Assembly (NCBI GenBank): GCA_044375465.1
Contig: JBILMN010000003.1
Coordinates: 7,587-71,586, forward strand
Source of the DNA: Oligoflexales bacterium
GTDB taxonomy: Bacteria > Bdellovibrionota_B > Oligoflexia > Oligoflexales > RGVZ01
Length of the DNA stretch: 64,000 bases
Reading direction: 5' to 3'
How positions within the stretch are numbered: the stretch's first letter is position 1; every line of letters starts with the position of its first letter. The notes under the pieces were generated by a model. That model made no database searches. It was not told where the DNA came from and was given only the letters and a program-made list of their open reading frames with translations. Of the stretch, positions 8,981 to 17,946 are shown piece after piece. The translations under genes were made by a program, and so were the position numbers.

Positions 8981-9694
8981 TCAAATATCTTTGCGACCAA
9001 ATGTGTGTTTGACCACGCTATGATGGCAACTCAGACAAACGGCCGGAGCGGTTCTTTCTCCTGCGGGAAACGTCGAGGTGGTCGATAGTCTGCCATCTTT
9101 ATTATAGGCATAAAAATCTGCATTTCCGCTACCATCGTCACGGTCGATTGCGACCTCCGTCTCTCGCACTGGAGCATTCACGTCAGCGGATTCTGTTTCA
9201 AGTGTTTCAGCGACGGAAATTCCAAAAGCAAAGCCCACGGGTGAGCGGTAAATGACTCTCGTTTTACGTTTGACAGCGCTAAATTCGACGACTTCCCGAT
9301 CCCAAGACTTGAATGGCACATCGCGTTTGAATGCCTCCAGATCATTTTTGATCAGTCGAGATTGACGCCGCGTCATGAGTAGTCCGTAGGCCCAAGTGTC
9401 CCACCAGTCACGGAGACGATTCATGTTAGCCATGCCCGAATCAGGCTCGATCGTCTCCTGGAGTTGCAAACTGGCGCTGACGGGCAGGTGCCCAGCATCG
9501 ATATTGATTTGTGAGGAAGAAAGACATGTTTCCTGATGGCGATCTGTAATGCCGTCAGCGACATAGCAGGTGAACGTGCGCGACCATATATTAAGTGGTG
9601 AATCTGCTGACGGATGATGGATGCTGATACTGGTATCACCAGTGACGATTTGGGAATAGAGACCAAAAAGAAGGGTAAAAATGTGCTTTTGCAT
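8981..9694 (-). CDS. Secreted protein with C-terminal CxxCH haem-c motif (possibly cytochrome P460-like)
   Basis: Start refined to ATG 9694, with AGGAG 6 nt upstream. Signal-like MQKHIFTLLFGLYSQIVTG. CLSCH is encoded at 9023-9037, near the C-terminus. Confidence 0.55.
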   Translation of the reverse strand: MQKHIFTLLFGLYSQIVTGDTSISIHHPSADSPLNIWSRTFTCYVADGITDRHQETCLSSSQINIDAGHLPVSASLQLQETIEPDSGMANMNRLRDWWDTWAYGLLMTRRQSRLIKNDLEAFKRDVPFKSWDREVVEFSAVKRKTRVIYRSPVGFAFGISVAETLETESADVNAPVRETEVAIDRDDGSGNADFYAYNKDGRLSTTSTFPAGERTAPAVCLSCHHSVVKHTFGRKDI

Positions 9695-9852
9695 GTCCGA
9701 CTCCTGCAGTGGAGGGCGCCTCATACCATGCCTTTGTTTGCCTGACAATGACGTCTTGACAAATCTCGGGGTGAGGGGGTACTTTCGGCGCTCCGATGCC
9801 GGGTGTCAGCTTCCGACCAGTGAAACACCAATTCCTTTGAAGATTCAATACC

Positions 9853-10575
9853 ATGGCTTCCCCCCTTCAGATTCTCTATGAAGATCATCACATTTTAGCT
9901 GTGATGAAGCCGGCCCGCGTGCCCGTGGCCAGTGAGGATAGTGGCGATGAGACGCTTTTGGGGATGGTCAGGGCCTGGAATTTAGCCCGCCAAGCCAACG
10001 GCAAGAAGGGTTATTGTGTCCCTATCCATTTTTTGGACCGTCCGGTGAGTGGCGTGGTTTTATTTGCACTCAGCAGCAAAGCAGCAACGCGCCTCAACGA
10101 GATGTTTCGGGGCCGTAGCATGCAAAAAACCTACGTAGCTGTCACAGCGCGTATGCCCTCGGTCCCCGCAGCAACCTTGGAACATTGGCTCGCCAAAGAT
10201 AAGCAGGAGAATCGCACTGAAGTGAGACGTGCTGGGGCTTCGGACGCGAAAAAATGCGTACTATCCTATAAATTGCTCGCCAATCATTCTGGGAGATCGC
10301 TTCTTGAAGTGCGCCCAGTGACCGGTCGTAGTCACCAGATCCGCGCTCAATTGGCTGCCGTTCATGCACCCTTGTGGGGGGACGTGAAGTATGGTGCTGC
10401 TTCGGGCTGGGACGGTAAAATAGCTTTGCATGCCGCGCGGCTTGATTTTAGGCATCCCGTGGGCAGCCAAGAAATGCATATTTTGGCGCCTGTTCCAGAC
10501 TATTGGCATGAAGTGTGGTCAACAGCATTTCCCGATTTTCAAGATATCATATTCCCGAAAGGTGAAAAATCATGA
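9853..10575 (+). CDS. RluA-family pseudouridine synthase
   Basis: HFLDRPVSGVVLFA (catalytic Asp motif) and GRSHQIRAQLA are typical of the RluA/RluD family. Confidence 0.85.
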   Translation: MASPLQILYEDHHILAVMKPARVPVASEDSGDETLLGMVRAWNLARQANGKKGYCVPIHFLDRPVSGVVLFALSSKAATRLNEMFRGRSMQKTYVAVTARMPSVPAATLEHWLAKDKQENRTEVRRAGASDAKKCVLSYKLLANHSGRSLLEVRPVTGRSHQIRAQLAAVHAPLWGDVKYGAASGWDGKIALHAARLDFRHPVGSQEMHILAPVPDYWHEVWSTAFPDFQDIIFPKGEKS

Positions 10576-11606
10576 CATTTTCAAATCAAAAGCAACGATT
10601 TAAAAAGTCGGGACATCGCTTCCAGGAGAAGCAAGGGGCTGATCGTCGCAAGGACGAATCTTTTAAGCAGCCAAAGCCGATGATTCAAACAACATCCTTA
10701 TGGGATTTCCCCAGTCAGCATTATGGTGATGATCACCAAGGCGATGGCGAGTACGCAGGCGTCACTCCCAGTTACATTATCTGGAATCTTTTGCAGCGAT
10801 ACACCAAACCACAGGCCAAGGTTTTGGATCCAATGTGCGGCAGTGGCACGACCCTTGATGTTTGCAAAGACTTAAACCGTCAAGGCATTGGTTTCGATAT
10901 AGCGCCAAACCGAACGGATGTGCACAAAGCGGATGCTCGTAGCTTACCCGTTAAGAGTGGTGAAGTCGATTTTGTGTTTCTGGACCCGCCCTACAGTACT
11001 CACATTAAGTACAGCGGCGATCCAAAATGTATTGGCGAGCTCGATGCACGCGGCGGTGGATATTATGAGGCCATGGAGGCGGTGATCGCAGAGCTTTACC
11101 GTGTGCTCAAAAACGGTGGTTACCTGGGGCTTTACATCCAAGACTCTTTTGCGAAAGGAAAGCCTTTTGCACCACTCGGGTTTGAGTTGTTTTTGCGACT
11201 CAGTGTCTTGTTTGAGCCGGTTGACATTATCTGTGTGACGCGTCATAACAAGAAACTAAAGCGCAATCATTGGCACACATCTTCCATCGAAGGTAATTAT
11301 TTTTTGCGTGGATTTAATTACCTTTTTATTGTGCGCAAAAATTCGACTCATGATTCCCAGTTACTGAAGCATGATCGTGCGGGCGCTTTGTCCTTTTACT
11401 TGCGGCAGGTGGCAGCGGCCCGTCCGGGAGAGGTCGTGACTCCTGCCACCCTGGCAAAGGCGATCGAAACTGAAGGGGCGTCATTGGATAAAAAATTAAT
11501 GCGTAAAGAGGAAAAGAAATCAATAAAAGCCCATCGCAAAGATCATGCGCCCGTGCAAAAGCCTCAAGGGCAACATCATCGACGACACAAGGAAAAACGC
11601 AAATGA
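10572..11606 (+). CDS. SAM-dependent DPPY-motif nucleic-acid methyltransferase with basic C-terminal tail
   Basis: ATGA overlap with the upstream gene. Motif I VLDPMCGSGTTLDVCKDLNRQGIGFDI precedes motif IV FVFLDPPYS by about 45 aa. C-terminal tail KKSIKAHRKDHAPVQKPQGQHHRRHKEKRK. DNA versus RNA target cannot be decided from the sequence. Confidence 0.75.
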   Translation: MTFSNQKQRFKKSGHRFQEKQGADRRKDESFKQPKPMIQTTSLWDFPSQHYGDDHQGDGEYAGVTPSYIIWNLLQRYTKPQAKVLDPMCGSGTTLDVCKDLNRQGIGFDIAPNRTDVHKADARSLPVKSGEVDFVFLDPPYSTHIKYSGDPKCIGELDARGGGYYEAMEAVIAELYRVLKNGGYLGLYIQDSFAKGKPFAPLGFELFLRLSVLFEPVDIICVTRHNKKLKRNHWHTSSIEGNYFLRGFNYLFIVRKNSTHDSQLLKHDRAGALSFYLRQVAAARPGEVVTPATLAKAIETEGASLDKKLMRKEEKKSIKAHRKDHAPVQKPQGQHHRRHKEKRK

Positions 11607-11950
11607 ACTCTTTGGAAGACCTCAAGGGTGAAGTGTTGAGATTTGCGGCCGAACGTGAATGGGAGCAGTTTCATACGCCCAAAAATCTATCCACGGCTGT
11701 GGCGGTGGAAGCCGCTGAGCTACAAGAACTCTTTATGTGGCTGACTCCCGAACAAAGCCGGTGTCCATCCCCTGAACTCCACGCGAAAATCGAGGATGAA
11801 GTGGGCGACATCTTGATCTGTCTTGTAAATTTTGCGGCCCGTACGGGCATCGATCCTCTGGTGGCCGCGGCCCAAAAAATCAAGAAAAATGGGCAAAAGT
11901 ACCCCATCGAGGCCTGTCGAGGTCGAGCCAAGAAGTACGATGAGCTCTAG
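11603..11950 (+). CDS. MazG-like nucleotide pyrophosphohydrolase (small, dCTPase-like type)
   Basis: ATGA overlap with the methyltransferase. REWEQFHTPKNLSTAVAVEAAELQELF ... EVGDILICLVNFAARTGIDP is the MazG-type helical EExxE/D pattern. Confidence 0.8.
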   Translation: MNSLEDLKGEVLRFAAEREWEQFHTPKNLSTAVAVEAAELQELFMWLTPEQSRCPSPELHAKIEDEVGDILICLVNFAARTGIDPLVAAAQKIKKNGQKYPIEACRGRAKKYDEL

Positions 11951-12135
11951 TCCGTGCCTGGTCGATAGCCATTGTTAGCGTGATAAATTAATAAGCCTTT
12001 AGACGCCCAAGTGACGCAGAACTCTCTGTGTGGGCAACCTCTGCCCGTCACTGAAGAGGGCAAATATTCGTCCTTTTTTCCAATAATTTCAATGACCCGA
12101 TAAAAAATAACTTTAGTTCTGTCCTGATCAAGACG

Positions 12136-12172
12136 AAGACCAGTTCGGGCCGAGGGTCTTATTAATTTTTTT
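12136..12172 (+). terminator. Hairpin + T-tract, candidate terminator of the rluA-methyltransferase-mazG unit
   Basis: AAGACC (12136-12141) pairs with GGTCTT (12155-12160), with internal GC pairs, followed by ATTAATTTTTTT. Lies 14 nt upstream of the MCP start. Confidence 0.35.
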
Positions 12173-12185
12173 GGAAAGGGAAGTT

Positions 12186-14117
12186 ATGCAGTCATTTAAG
12201 TCATGGTTTTCAAAAATGTCGTTGCGAGGACGCATCATTGTGATGTGTTCGTCCATGCTCCTACCGCTGGTCGGCCTATTCTTCTTATTGTTAGGTGCTT
12301 ACCAGAAAGATCTTGATTTCGCGCGAGCTGAGATCAAGGGTGCAAAGTTTGGTCCTGCTGCCGTTAAGCCTCTTGCGCAAGCTTTTGAGTTTAACCTGAA
12401 CCGAACCTCTGGTGGCGATAACACTGACGTGAAGTCTCGTCGTCAGGCTTCTGTTGGCGATCTCAAGGCGCTCGCTGATGAGTTCGCTGCTGATCTCAAG
12501 TTTAACGATGCTGACTTGAAATCCCGGAAGCGCGAAGGTATGACACCAGCCGCTGTTGGCGCGAAGTTGGAAGCCTTTATGGCGTCTCCAACAGATCAGA
12601 ACTATACGGATGTGCTTAATGCTGCAAAGGCAGTTTTGGCTCACACCGGTGACATGTCCAATCTGATTTTGGACCCTGATTTGGATTCTTATTACCTGAT
12701 GGATGCCTGGCTTGCCGCTGTGCCCGCGGTCATGGAGCGTTCTCATGATTTAGTACAAGCTCTTGTCGCAGGCGATCACGCGCAGGCTGATATCCTCGCG
12801 GGAATTTTGACGACAGTCGACTTGCCTCGCGCTCTTGGTGATATTGATGTTGCCATCACCGAAGACGTGAACTTCTATGGGGCTAATGAGAGCATGCAGA
12901 AGACACTTCGTGGTGACACTGACACATGGAGTGCTGATCTGAAGACTTTTGTTGAATCTGCCAAGAAAGTTAATGTGAAAAATAAAGACCAAGTGGTTGC
13001 CGTCAGAAAAATGGCGATCGATAACATTCAGCGTACCGAGGCTTTCTGGAATAAGCTCACTGGCCATTTGACCTCGCTTCTTGAAGCCCGTGATGCCTAC
13101 ATTTCCTTGCAGCGTCGTAACGCTGTGATTATGTGCGTCGTGCTTCTCCTTGTTTGCGGTTTTGTGGTTCGATTTGGTGCCTCTGCGATTGCCAAGTCTC
13201 TGGATGAATTGGCTGAAGTTCTCAAAGGTCAGACAGAATCTATTTCCTCTGAGAGTGAGAAGATTGCGACAGGCAGTACCGAGTTGTCTTCAACCGTTAC
13301 CGAGCAGGCTTCGGCTCTGCAAGAGACGTCGACAACCATGCATGAAGTCGCAACCATTGCGGCGCGCAACTCCGACACCGTTTCAGAATCCATGCAGGAA
13401 GCTATGGGTACCATCGATAAGATTGAGCATGGTCGTCAGGCGCTCAACGAATTAATGAATTCTGTCCGCGCCCTTGAGGGTCAGCAGAATGATTCGACTA
13501 AGATTCTGCAAAAATATGCAGAGGAGGTCACTCGCATCGAATCATTCATCCGTGAGATCAGTAACAAGACATCTCAAATCAACGACATCGTATTCCAAAC
13601 CAAGCTCTTGTCCTTTAACGCTTCAGTTGAGGCGGCGCGAGCTGGTGAGCATGGTAAAGGCTTTGCGGTTGTTGCGGAAGAAGTGGGCGTTCTTGCGAAC
13701 CAGAGTGGATCTGCCGCTAAAGACATCAACGGTCACCTCGATAATACGCTGAAGATGGTCTCTGGTATCACTCAGCAGATTATTGAAATGGCAAAGAGCA
13801 TGGAGCTGCAAACCAAATCTGTTTTGGAAAATAGCCGTTCCAGCGCGCAAAAGTGTGCGACTGCATTTGACCAGATCACTCAGGTGTCCAAGGCGCTGAC
13901 CCACCGTCTACAGGACATCGTTGGCTCATCCAAAGAGCAGACCACAGCGGTCACGCAGATCTCGACTGGTATCACAGAAATCGATCGTGCAACTCAAGAG
14001 AGCAGCAATGTTGCTCATGCGTCAGCAGCATCCGCCTCTGAATTGGCAGAGGGTGTTGGTAAACTGAAGCATATCGCGCATGAATTGAATTCTTTGATCC
14101 GCGGTAAAGCTGCATAA
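12186..14117 (+). CDS. Methyl-accepting chemotaxis protein
   Basis: Start refined to ATG 12186 (GAAAGGGA upstream). Two TM segments flank a periplasmic domain of about 300 aa. Signalling hairpin [44 protein letters not shown]. Confidence 0.9.
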   Translation: MQSFKSWFSKMSLRGRIIVMCSSMLLPLVGLFFLLLGAYQKDLDFARAEIKGAKFGPAAVKPLAQAFEFNLNRTSGGDNTDVKSRRQASVGDLKALADEFAADLKFNDADLKSRKREGMTPAAVGAKLEAFMASPTDQNYTDVLNAAKAVLAHTGDMSNLILDPDLDSYYLMDAWLAAVPAVMERSHDLVQALVAGDHAQADILAGILTTVDLPRALGDIDVAITEDVNFYGANESMQKTLRGDTDTWSADLKTFVESAKKVNVKNKDQVVAVRKMAIDNIQRTEAFWNKLTGHLTSLLEARDAYISLQRRNAVIMCVVLLLVCGFVVRFGASAIAKSLDELAEVLKGQTESISSESEKIATGSTELSSTVTEQASALQETSTTMHEVATIAARNSDTVSESMQEAMGTIDKIEHGRQALNELMNSVRALEGQQNDSTKILQKYAEEVTRIESFIREISNKTSQINDIVFQTKLLSFNASVEAARAGEHGKGFAVVAEEVGVLANQSGSAAKDINGHLDNTLKMVSGITQQIIEMAKSMELQTKSVLENSRSSAQKCATAFDQITQVSKALTHRLQDIVGSSKEQTTAVTQISTGITEIDRATQESSNVAHASAASASELAEGVGKLKHIAHELNSLIRGKAA

Positions 14118-14134
14118 TTTCCCGTTCAAAAAAG

Positions 14135-14164
14135 AGCCCCCTGAACTTGACGGTTCAGGGGGCT
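14135..14164. terminator. Bidirectional intrinsic terminator between convergent MCP and peptidase genes
   Basis: Perfect 12-bp stem AGCCCCCTGAAC / GTTCAGGGGGCT with a 6-nt loop. A-run (CAAAAAAG) upstream and ATTTGTATT downstream. Confidence 0.6.
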
Positions 14165-14186
14165 ATTTGTATTGCTACTCCTCTTA

Positions 14187-15341
14187 TCAATATTCGGGTG
14201 GTACGATAAATCCACTGAGAGCGCTGTACCAGGTTCCCTTTGAAATATCGGTCTCGCCGTGCTCCAAGCCGAAGGGTAGCGGTTTGTTCAGAAAATCCAT
14301 GGTGAAACGTGTGTAACCATCCGAGAGCCCGCGGTCTGGACGGTCAGTGCCCCAGCTATTTTTTACGACGAGGTAGCGCAGGGTACCATTGAGCGCAGCA
14401 TTCTTGAGTTCGTCACTCACATCACCTTCAGGGATCGTACCAACGCCTGGTACGTGATCGACGACATAGTCTTCCAGGACAATCAAGTGTCCACCTTGGC
14501 CTGTGGAGTACCCCTTCTTGAGATAGAGCTCATGTTCAAATGTTGCGTTATTTTCTGTGTTTAGTGCAGAAAATTCCACCATCGAACTCATGATAACGGG
14601 TTTCTTATCGTTGGCGGCACGTAGAACTCTCTGTAAAACACTGGATCTTTTGCGGCGATCCCACAAGCGAGGTTCGGCGCCTTGTCCCCATAACTGAGGG
14701 TAGCTCAGCTGCGTCCATGCATGGGCGCCGCCGGAAATTTCGTCACTTAAGGTCCAAGGTGAGCCACCGGGAGACGTACCTGTTTTAAGTTCCGTCGCAG
14801 CATATATTCTTTCAGAAAGTGCGTCCATATCGACACCAAAAGCTTCGTTGAGGGCAGCTTTGACGGATTCTGGAGTGCGGTTACTGTTGTTTTGCAAAGA
14901 TCCCGATGACAACGATTCATTGATGGCAAATTCGGCCATGCGCTGCACAGCAGACATTTGTTCGTCGGCCTCATCAGGTAAAAAATCCCCCTCGAGCATA
15001 TACCCATGATTTTGAATGATCCGACTTGCTAGCCACCACTCGCCTCCCGTATCGATCTTGTCCCCTGTGCCCCTCAAGATCTTTTCGTACCAATCCCAGT
15101 AGGTCCAGTAAGATTCCGAGATATTGACCGTTTGACCGCTTGCTGAGAGATGTAACGATTCTGCCCAGGTGCTTGTAGCGTAGAGCCAGCAATTACCAAT
15201 CGATTGCCTCTTTACAGGGGTATGCTCTACATCCGTGACATCGAGACGTGCTTTCAGGTGTTGACGTCCGCATCCGCCCAAAGAAGCCATGAAGGTCACG
15301 AGAAGCAATACCTTGGTCTGATAGAAGAATCTTTTGTTCAT
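14187..15341 (-). CDS. Papain-like (C1 family, PepC/bleomycin-hydrolase-like) cysteine peptidase lipoprotein
   Basis: Start refined to ATG 15341. Lipobox MASLGGC. Catalytic-Cys motif RQSIGNCWLYATS, His context GGHLIVLEDY, and VVKNSWG (the papain NSWG motif). Confidence 0.7.
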   Translation of the reverse strand: MNKRFFYQTKVLLLVTFMASLGGCGRQHLKARLDVTDVEHTPVKRQSIGNCWLYATSTWAESLHLSASGQTVNISESYWTYWDWYEKILRGTGDKIDTGGEWWLASRIIQNHGYMLEGDFLPDEADEQMSAVQRMAEFAINESLSSGSLQNNSNRTPESVKAALNEAFGVDMDALSERIYAATELKTGTSPGGSPWTLSDEISGGAHAWTQLSYPQLWGQGAEPRLWDRRKRSSVLQRVLRAANDKKPVIMSSMVEFSALNTENNATFEHELYLKKGYSTGQGGHLIVLEDYVVDHVPGVGTIPEGDVSDELKNAALNGTLRYLVVKNSWGTDRPDRGLSDGYTRFTMDFLNKPLPFGLEHGETDISKGTWYSALSGFIVPPEY

Positions 15342-15612
15342 TTTTTCATCTTTCTGGCGTTCAACGATCGATCTTTTTAAAAACCATAGAATCATTGGGG
15401 GTTCTAACAACACCACCTAAGATTGTCCATGTGATTCTGCGGCCGATCGTTGGTCCTAAAATGGCGGTGCGGCGGGCCTGGCTAATATCTCATTTTGACG
15501 GGCGAGACGACCCGCGTTATATTATCGGAAAATAAAGAATTCATTGGTTTTTTTATGATTTGCGGCGGCTGCCATGGAGGCAGCAATTTCGAGAGAATGG
15601 AAGGTACAAACA

Positions 15613-16530
15613 ATGAATGATCCATGCAGTCGGTCTATCGCGCGATCCCTCCTCGCCATCAGTCTTTTTGGGGCAGGAGTTTCATATGCCGTTGAACCCA
15701 AGGTCAACGCTCCAGTGGCTGTGGTGGCAACATCCGATCGGAGCGAACCAGGTAAAACGGATACAGCCGTTAAATCAGGGGCACCAGTTGAAAGCGCCAC
15801 CGCCGTGCAGGCTGAGGACATCAGTGGCCCTGGAATTTTTGCTCGGGCTTGGCAAGCTGGTTTTGTCGTATTCATGACGTTGATTGGTTTAATCGGCTCC
15901 TCAGTCACATGCTGGGTGATCATCGTGACAAAGTACAAGGACCTTGGCCGCATCACGGCTGCCAATGATACCTTTATAAAATCATTCTGGGAGTCCCGGT
16001 CATTGAATGATTTGAACAGTCGTTTGCAAGAATATCAGTACAGCCCGGCGCGCGAGGTATTTCGTAGTGGTTACGCTGAGCTTGCGCGGAGCAATCAGAT
16101 GCGCGATCAAACGGCATCGACTGAAATTGCTATTGGTGCTGCGATGGACAATCTTAATCGCACCCTGCAAAAGGCGAAACTTCTTGAACGCAAACGCCTG
16201 GAAGTGAACCTAAATTGGTTGGCTATTATTGCTTCGGTTTCTCCGTTTGTCGGGCTATTTGGTACGGTCTGGGGAATTATGAATTCTTTTGAAGGTATTG
16301 CACGCACGGGTAGCGCCAGTCTTGCTGCGGTGGCGCCGGGTATCGCTGAAGCTCTGACCTCAACAGCATTTGGACTTGCGGCGGCAATTCCCGCGGTGAT
16401 CGGTTATAATTTGTTTAATGGAAAACTACGATTTCAGATGATGGCGATCGATGGTTTTTGTGCCGATTTCCTGAACATTGTCGAGCGCTACCTTGTAACT
16501 GAAAAGGCGAAAGCTGGCGAGAAGGCGTGA
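15613..16530 (+). CDS. tolQ: TolQ/ExbB-family proton channel with N-terminal extension
   Basis: LAIIASVSPFVGLFGTVWGIMNSFEGIARTGSASLAAVAPGIAEALTSTAFGLAAAIPAVIGYN is the MotA/TolQ/ExbB core. An extra N-terminal region of about 90 aa has signal-like ARSLLAISLFGAGVSYA. Followed by tolR, tolA and tolB. Confidence 0.85.
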   Translation: MNDPCSRSIARSLLAISLFGAGVSYAVEPKVNAPVAVVATSDRSEPGKTDTAVKSGAPVESATAVQAEDISGPGIFARAWQAGFVVFMTLIGLIGSSVTCWVIIVTKYKDLGRITAANDTFIKSFWESRSLNDLNSRLQEYQYSPAREVFRSGYAELARSNQMRDQTASTEIAIGAAMDNLNRTLQKAKLLERKRLEVNLNWLAIIASVSPFVGLFGTVWGIMNSFEGIARTGSASLAAVAPGIAEALTSTAFGLAAAIPAVIGYNLFNGKLRFQMMAIDGFCADFLNIVERYLVTEKAKAGEKA

Positions 16531-16574
16531 GACTTGGTTTTGTTCGCGTATGCACAAGAGGGGAGAGCTGATTC

Positions 16575-17006
16575 ATGGCACTAGGACAGATCAACTTCAA
16601 TCAGGGGGATGAGTACAGTGGAGATATCGCCGAGATCAACGTCATACCACTTGTGGACGTACTGCTGGTGCTCCTGATTATTTTTATGGTTGCTGCGCCG
16701 ATCAGCATTGGTGGAATCAACATCGATTTGCCGACCAGTAAAGCCCGTGGGACTTTGTCAGATGAGGATCGGGTCATTGTATCCATCAACAAAGATGGCG
16801 AGTTTTGGATGGAAAAATCCAAAGTACCCGCCAGCGCCCTCCCTGAGAAACTCAAAGCCATGTACCAGTTCCGTGAGCGCAAAGAGATCTTCATTCGCGC
16901 GGACCGTGGCGTTGTTTATAGTGCGGTCGTTGACGCGATGAGCGCTGCGAAAAGTGCTGGCGTCACAAAAATATCAATGCTGACTCAGCCGCCCAGGAAT
17001 GGCTAA
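16575..17006 (+). CDS. tolR: TolR/ExbD biopolymer transport protein
   Basis: EINVIPLVDVLLVLLIIFMVAAP TM motif and ExbD-type periplasmic domain. GGGGAGAG SD. Confidence 0.85.
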   Translation: MALGQINFNQGDEYSGDIAEINVIPLVDVLLVLLIIFMVAAPISIGGINIDLPTSKARGTLSDEDRVIVSINKDGEFWMEKSKVPASALPEKLKAMYQFRERKEIFIRADRGVVYSAVVDAMSAAKSAGVTKISMLTQPPRNG

Positions 17007-17008
17007 CC

Positions 17009-17929
17009 ATGGCTGCCACTTCCGCAAAAACAGCTTTTAAATACGATTTCGGCCCGGCTCTACTCAAAAAAGTGGATCCCGTTGGTATGCCGGAGGACAT
17101 CCGCTTTGCCTGGATCGTATTGATTTCGACCATTGCCGTCCATCTTCTGGTCTTGGCGATGAATCCACATTGGTTTTGGACCACCCCGAAGGTGGATATG
17201 GAGCAAAGTATCGCTGTGGATGTGGATTTTATGAACCAGCTGTCTTTGGAGGCTCCCCAGGAGACCGCCTTGCCAAATTCCAAACGGTCGGATGAGGCTG
17301 CTGTTCCTGCTAACCTCTTGCCCCAATTGCCAAAGAAATTCGAAGTCGAGGAACAAAATAAAGCCGAAGAAAAACCATTTGTGGAGGAGAAAGATCCTAA
17401 AGCCGATGATTCTCTGGCTGAAAAACAAGTCGCGCCCCCTGAAAAAGACGAAGTGCCAAAGACAAAAGAAGATCCCAATAAGGTCACTAGAGATGACTTG
17501 ATGAAGCGCCTTGCTGTAGAGAAACTCAAACAGGAAAACAAAATCGATCTTCAAATGAAGGCCCAGAAAAACGCGCTCGCCAAATTAAAAGAAGAGTTGG
17601 CTGCCAATGACGCGAAGTCTAATTCAGGGTCGGGTGCGGTGGGTGTTGGTGCCATTCGTGCAAGAACTTATGCTGATTTGTTGCGGGCTGCTGTAAAACG
17701 AAATCTCTATTTGCCTAAAACCTTCGAGTACGATCAGATCAAACTTGTCACGCAACTTAGTGTCATCATTAATGCCAAAGGAGAGTTGATTGACGTGCGT
17801 CTGGCGAAATCAAGTGGCAACGGCGCATATGATCAAGCCGCGATTGCGGCATTGCAAAATTCGGTGCCTTTGCCGCAGCCGCCTGCAGATATTGCCGGGC
17901 AGGCCATCACTTTCAATCTTTCTAAATGA
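17009..17929 (+). CDS. tolA: TolA-like protein (TM anchor, Lys/Glu-rich coiled region, TonB_C/TolA C-terminal domain)
   Basis: TM IRFAWIVLISTIAVHLLVLA. KE-rich tract. C-terminus YADLLRAAVKRNLYLPKTF...VIINAKGELIDVRLAKSSGNGAYDQAAIAALQNSVPLPQPP. Sits between tolR and tolB. Confidence 0.65.
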   Translation: MAATSAKTAFKYDFGPALLKKVDPVGMPEDIRFAWIVLISTIAVHLLVLAMNPHWFWTTPKVDMEQSIAVDVDFMNQLSLEAPQETALPNSKRSDEAAVPANLLPQLPKKFEVEEQNKAEEKPFVEEKDPKADDSLAEKQVAPPEKDEVPKTKEDPNKVTRDDLMKRLAVEKLKQENKIDLQMKAQKNALAKLKEELAANDAKSNSGSGAVGVGAIRARTYADLLRAAVKRNLYLPKTFEYDQIKLVTQLSVIINAKGELIDVRLAKSSGNGAYDQAAIAALQNSVPLPQPPADIAGQAITFNLSK

Positions 17930-17946
17930 CGGTTAGGAGTTTTTTC

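Noticed and set aside
12096-12103. CCCGATAA, resembling the sigma-28 (FliA) -10 element GCCGATAA, upstream of the MCP gene
   Set aside because: There is no TAAA-type -35 at the required 15-nt (or TAAAGTTT at 11-nt) spacing. A terminator-like hairpin (12136-12172) also lies between it and the MCP start.
15522-15965. 147-aa ORF antisense to the 5' extension of tolQ
   Set aside because: The sense frame continues uninterrupted into the conserved TolQ core and has a signal-like N-terminus. The antisense ORF has no SD or motifs. Residual doubt about the true TolQ start is noted in the findings.
16963-17554. 192-aa and 164-aa minus-strand ORFs inside tolA
   Set aside because: They arise from the low-complexity Lys/Glu-rich coding repeat of tolA read on the opposite strand. 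The products are Ser/Phe low-complexity strings.
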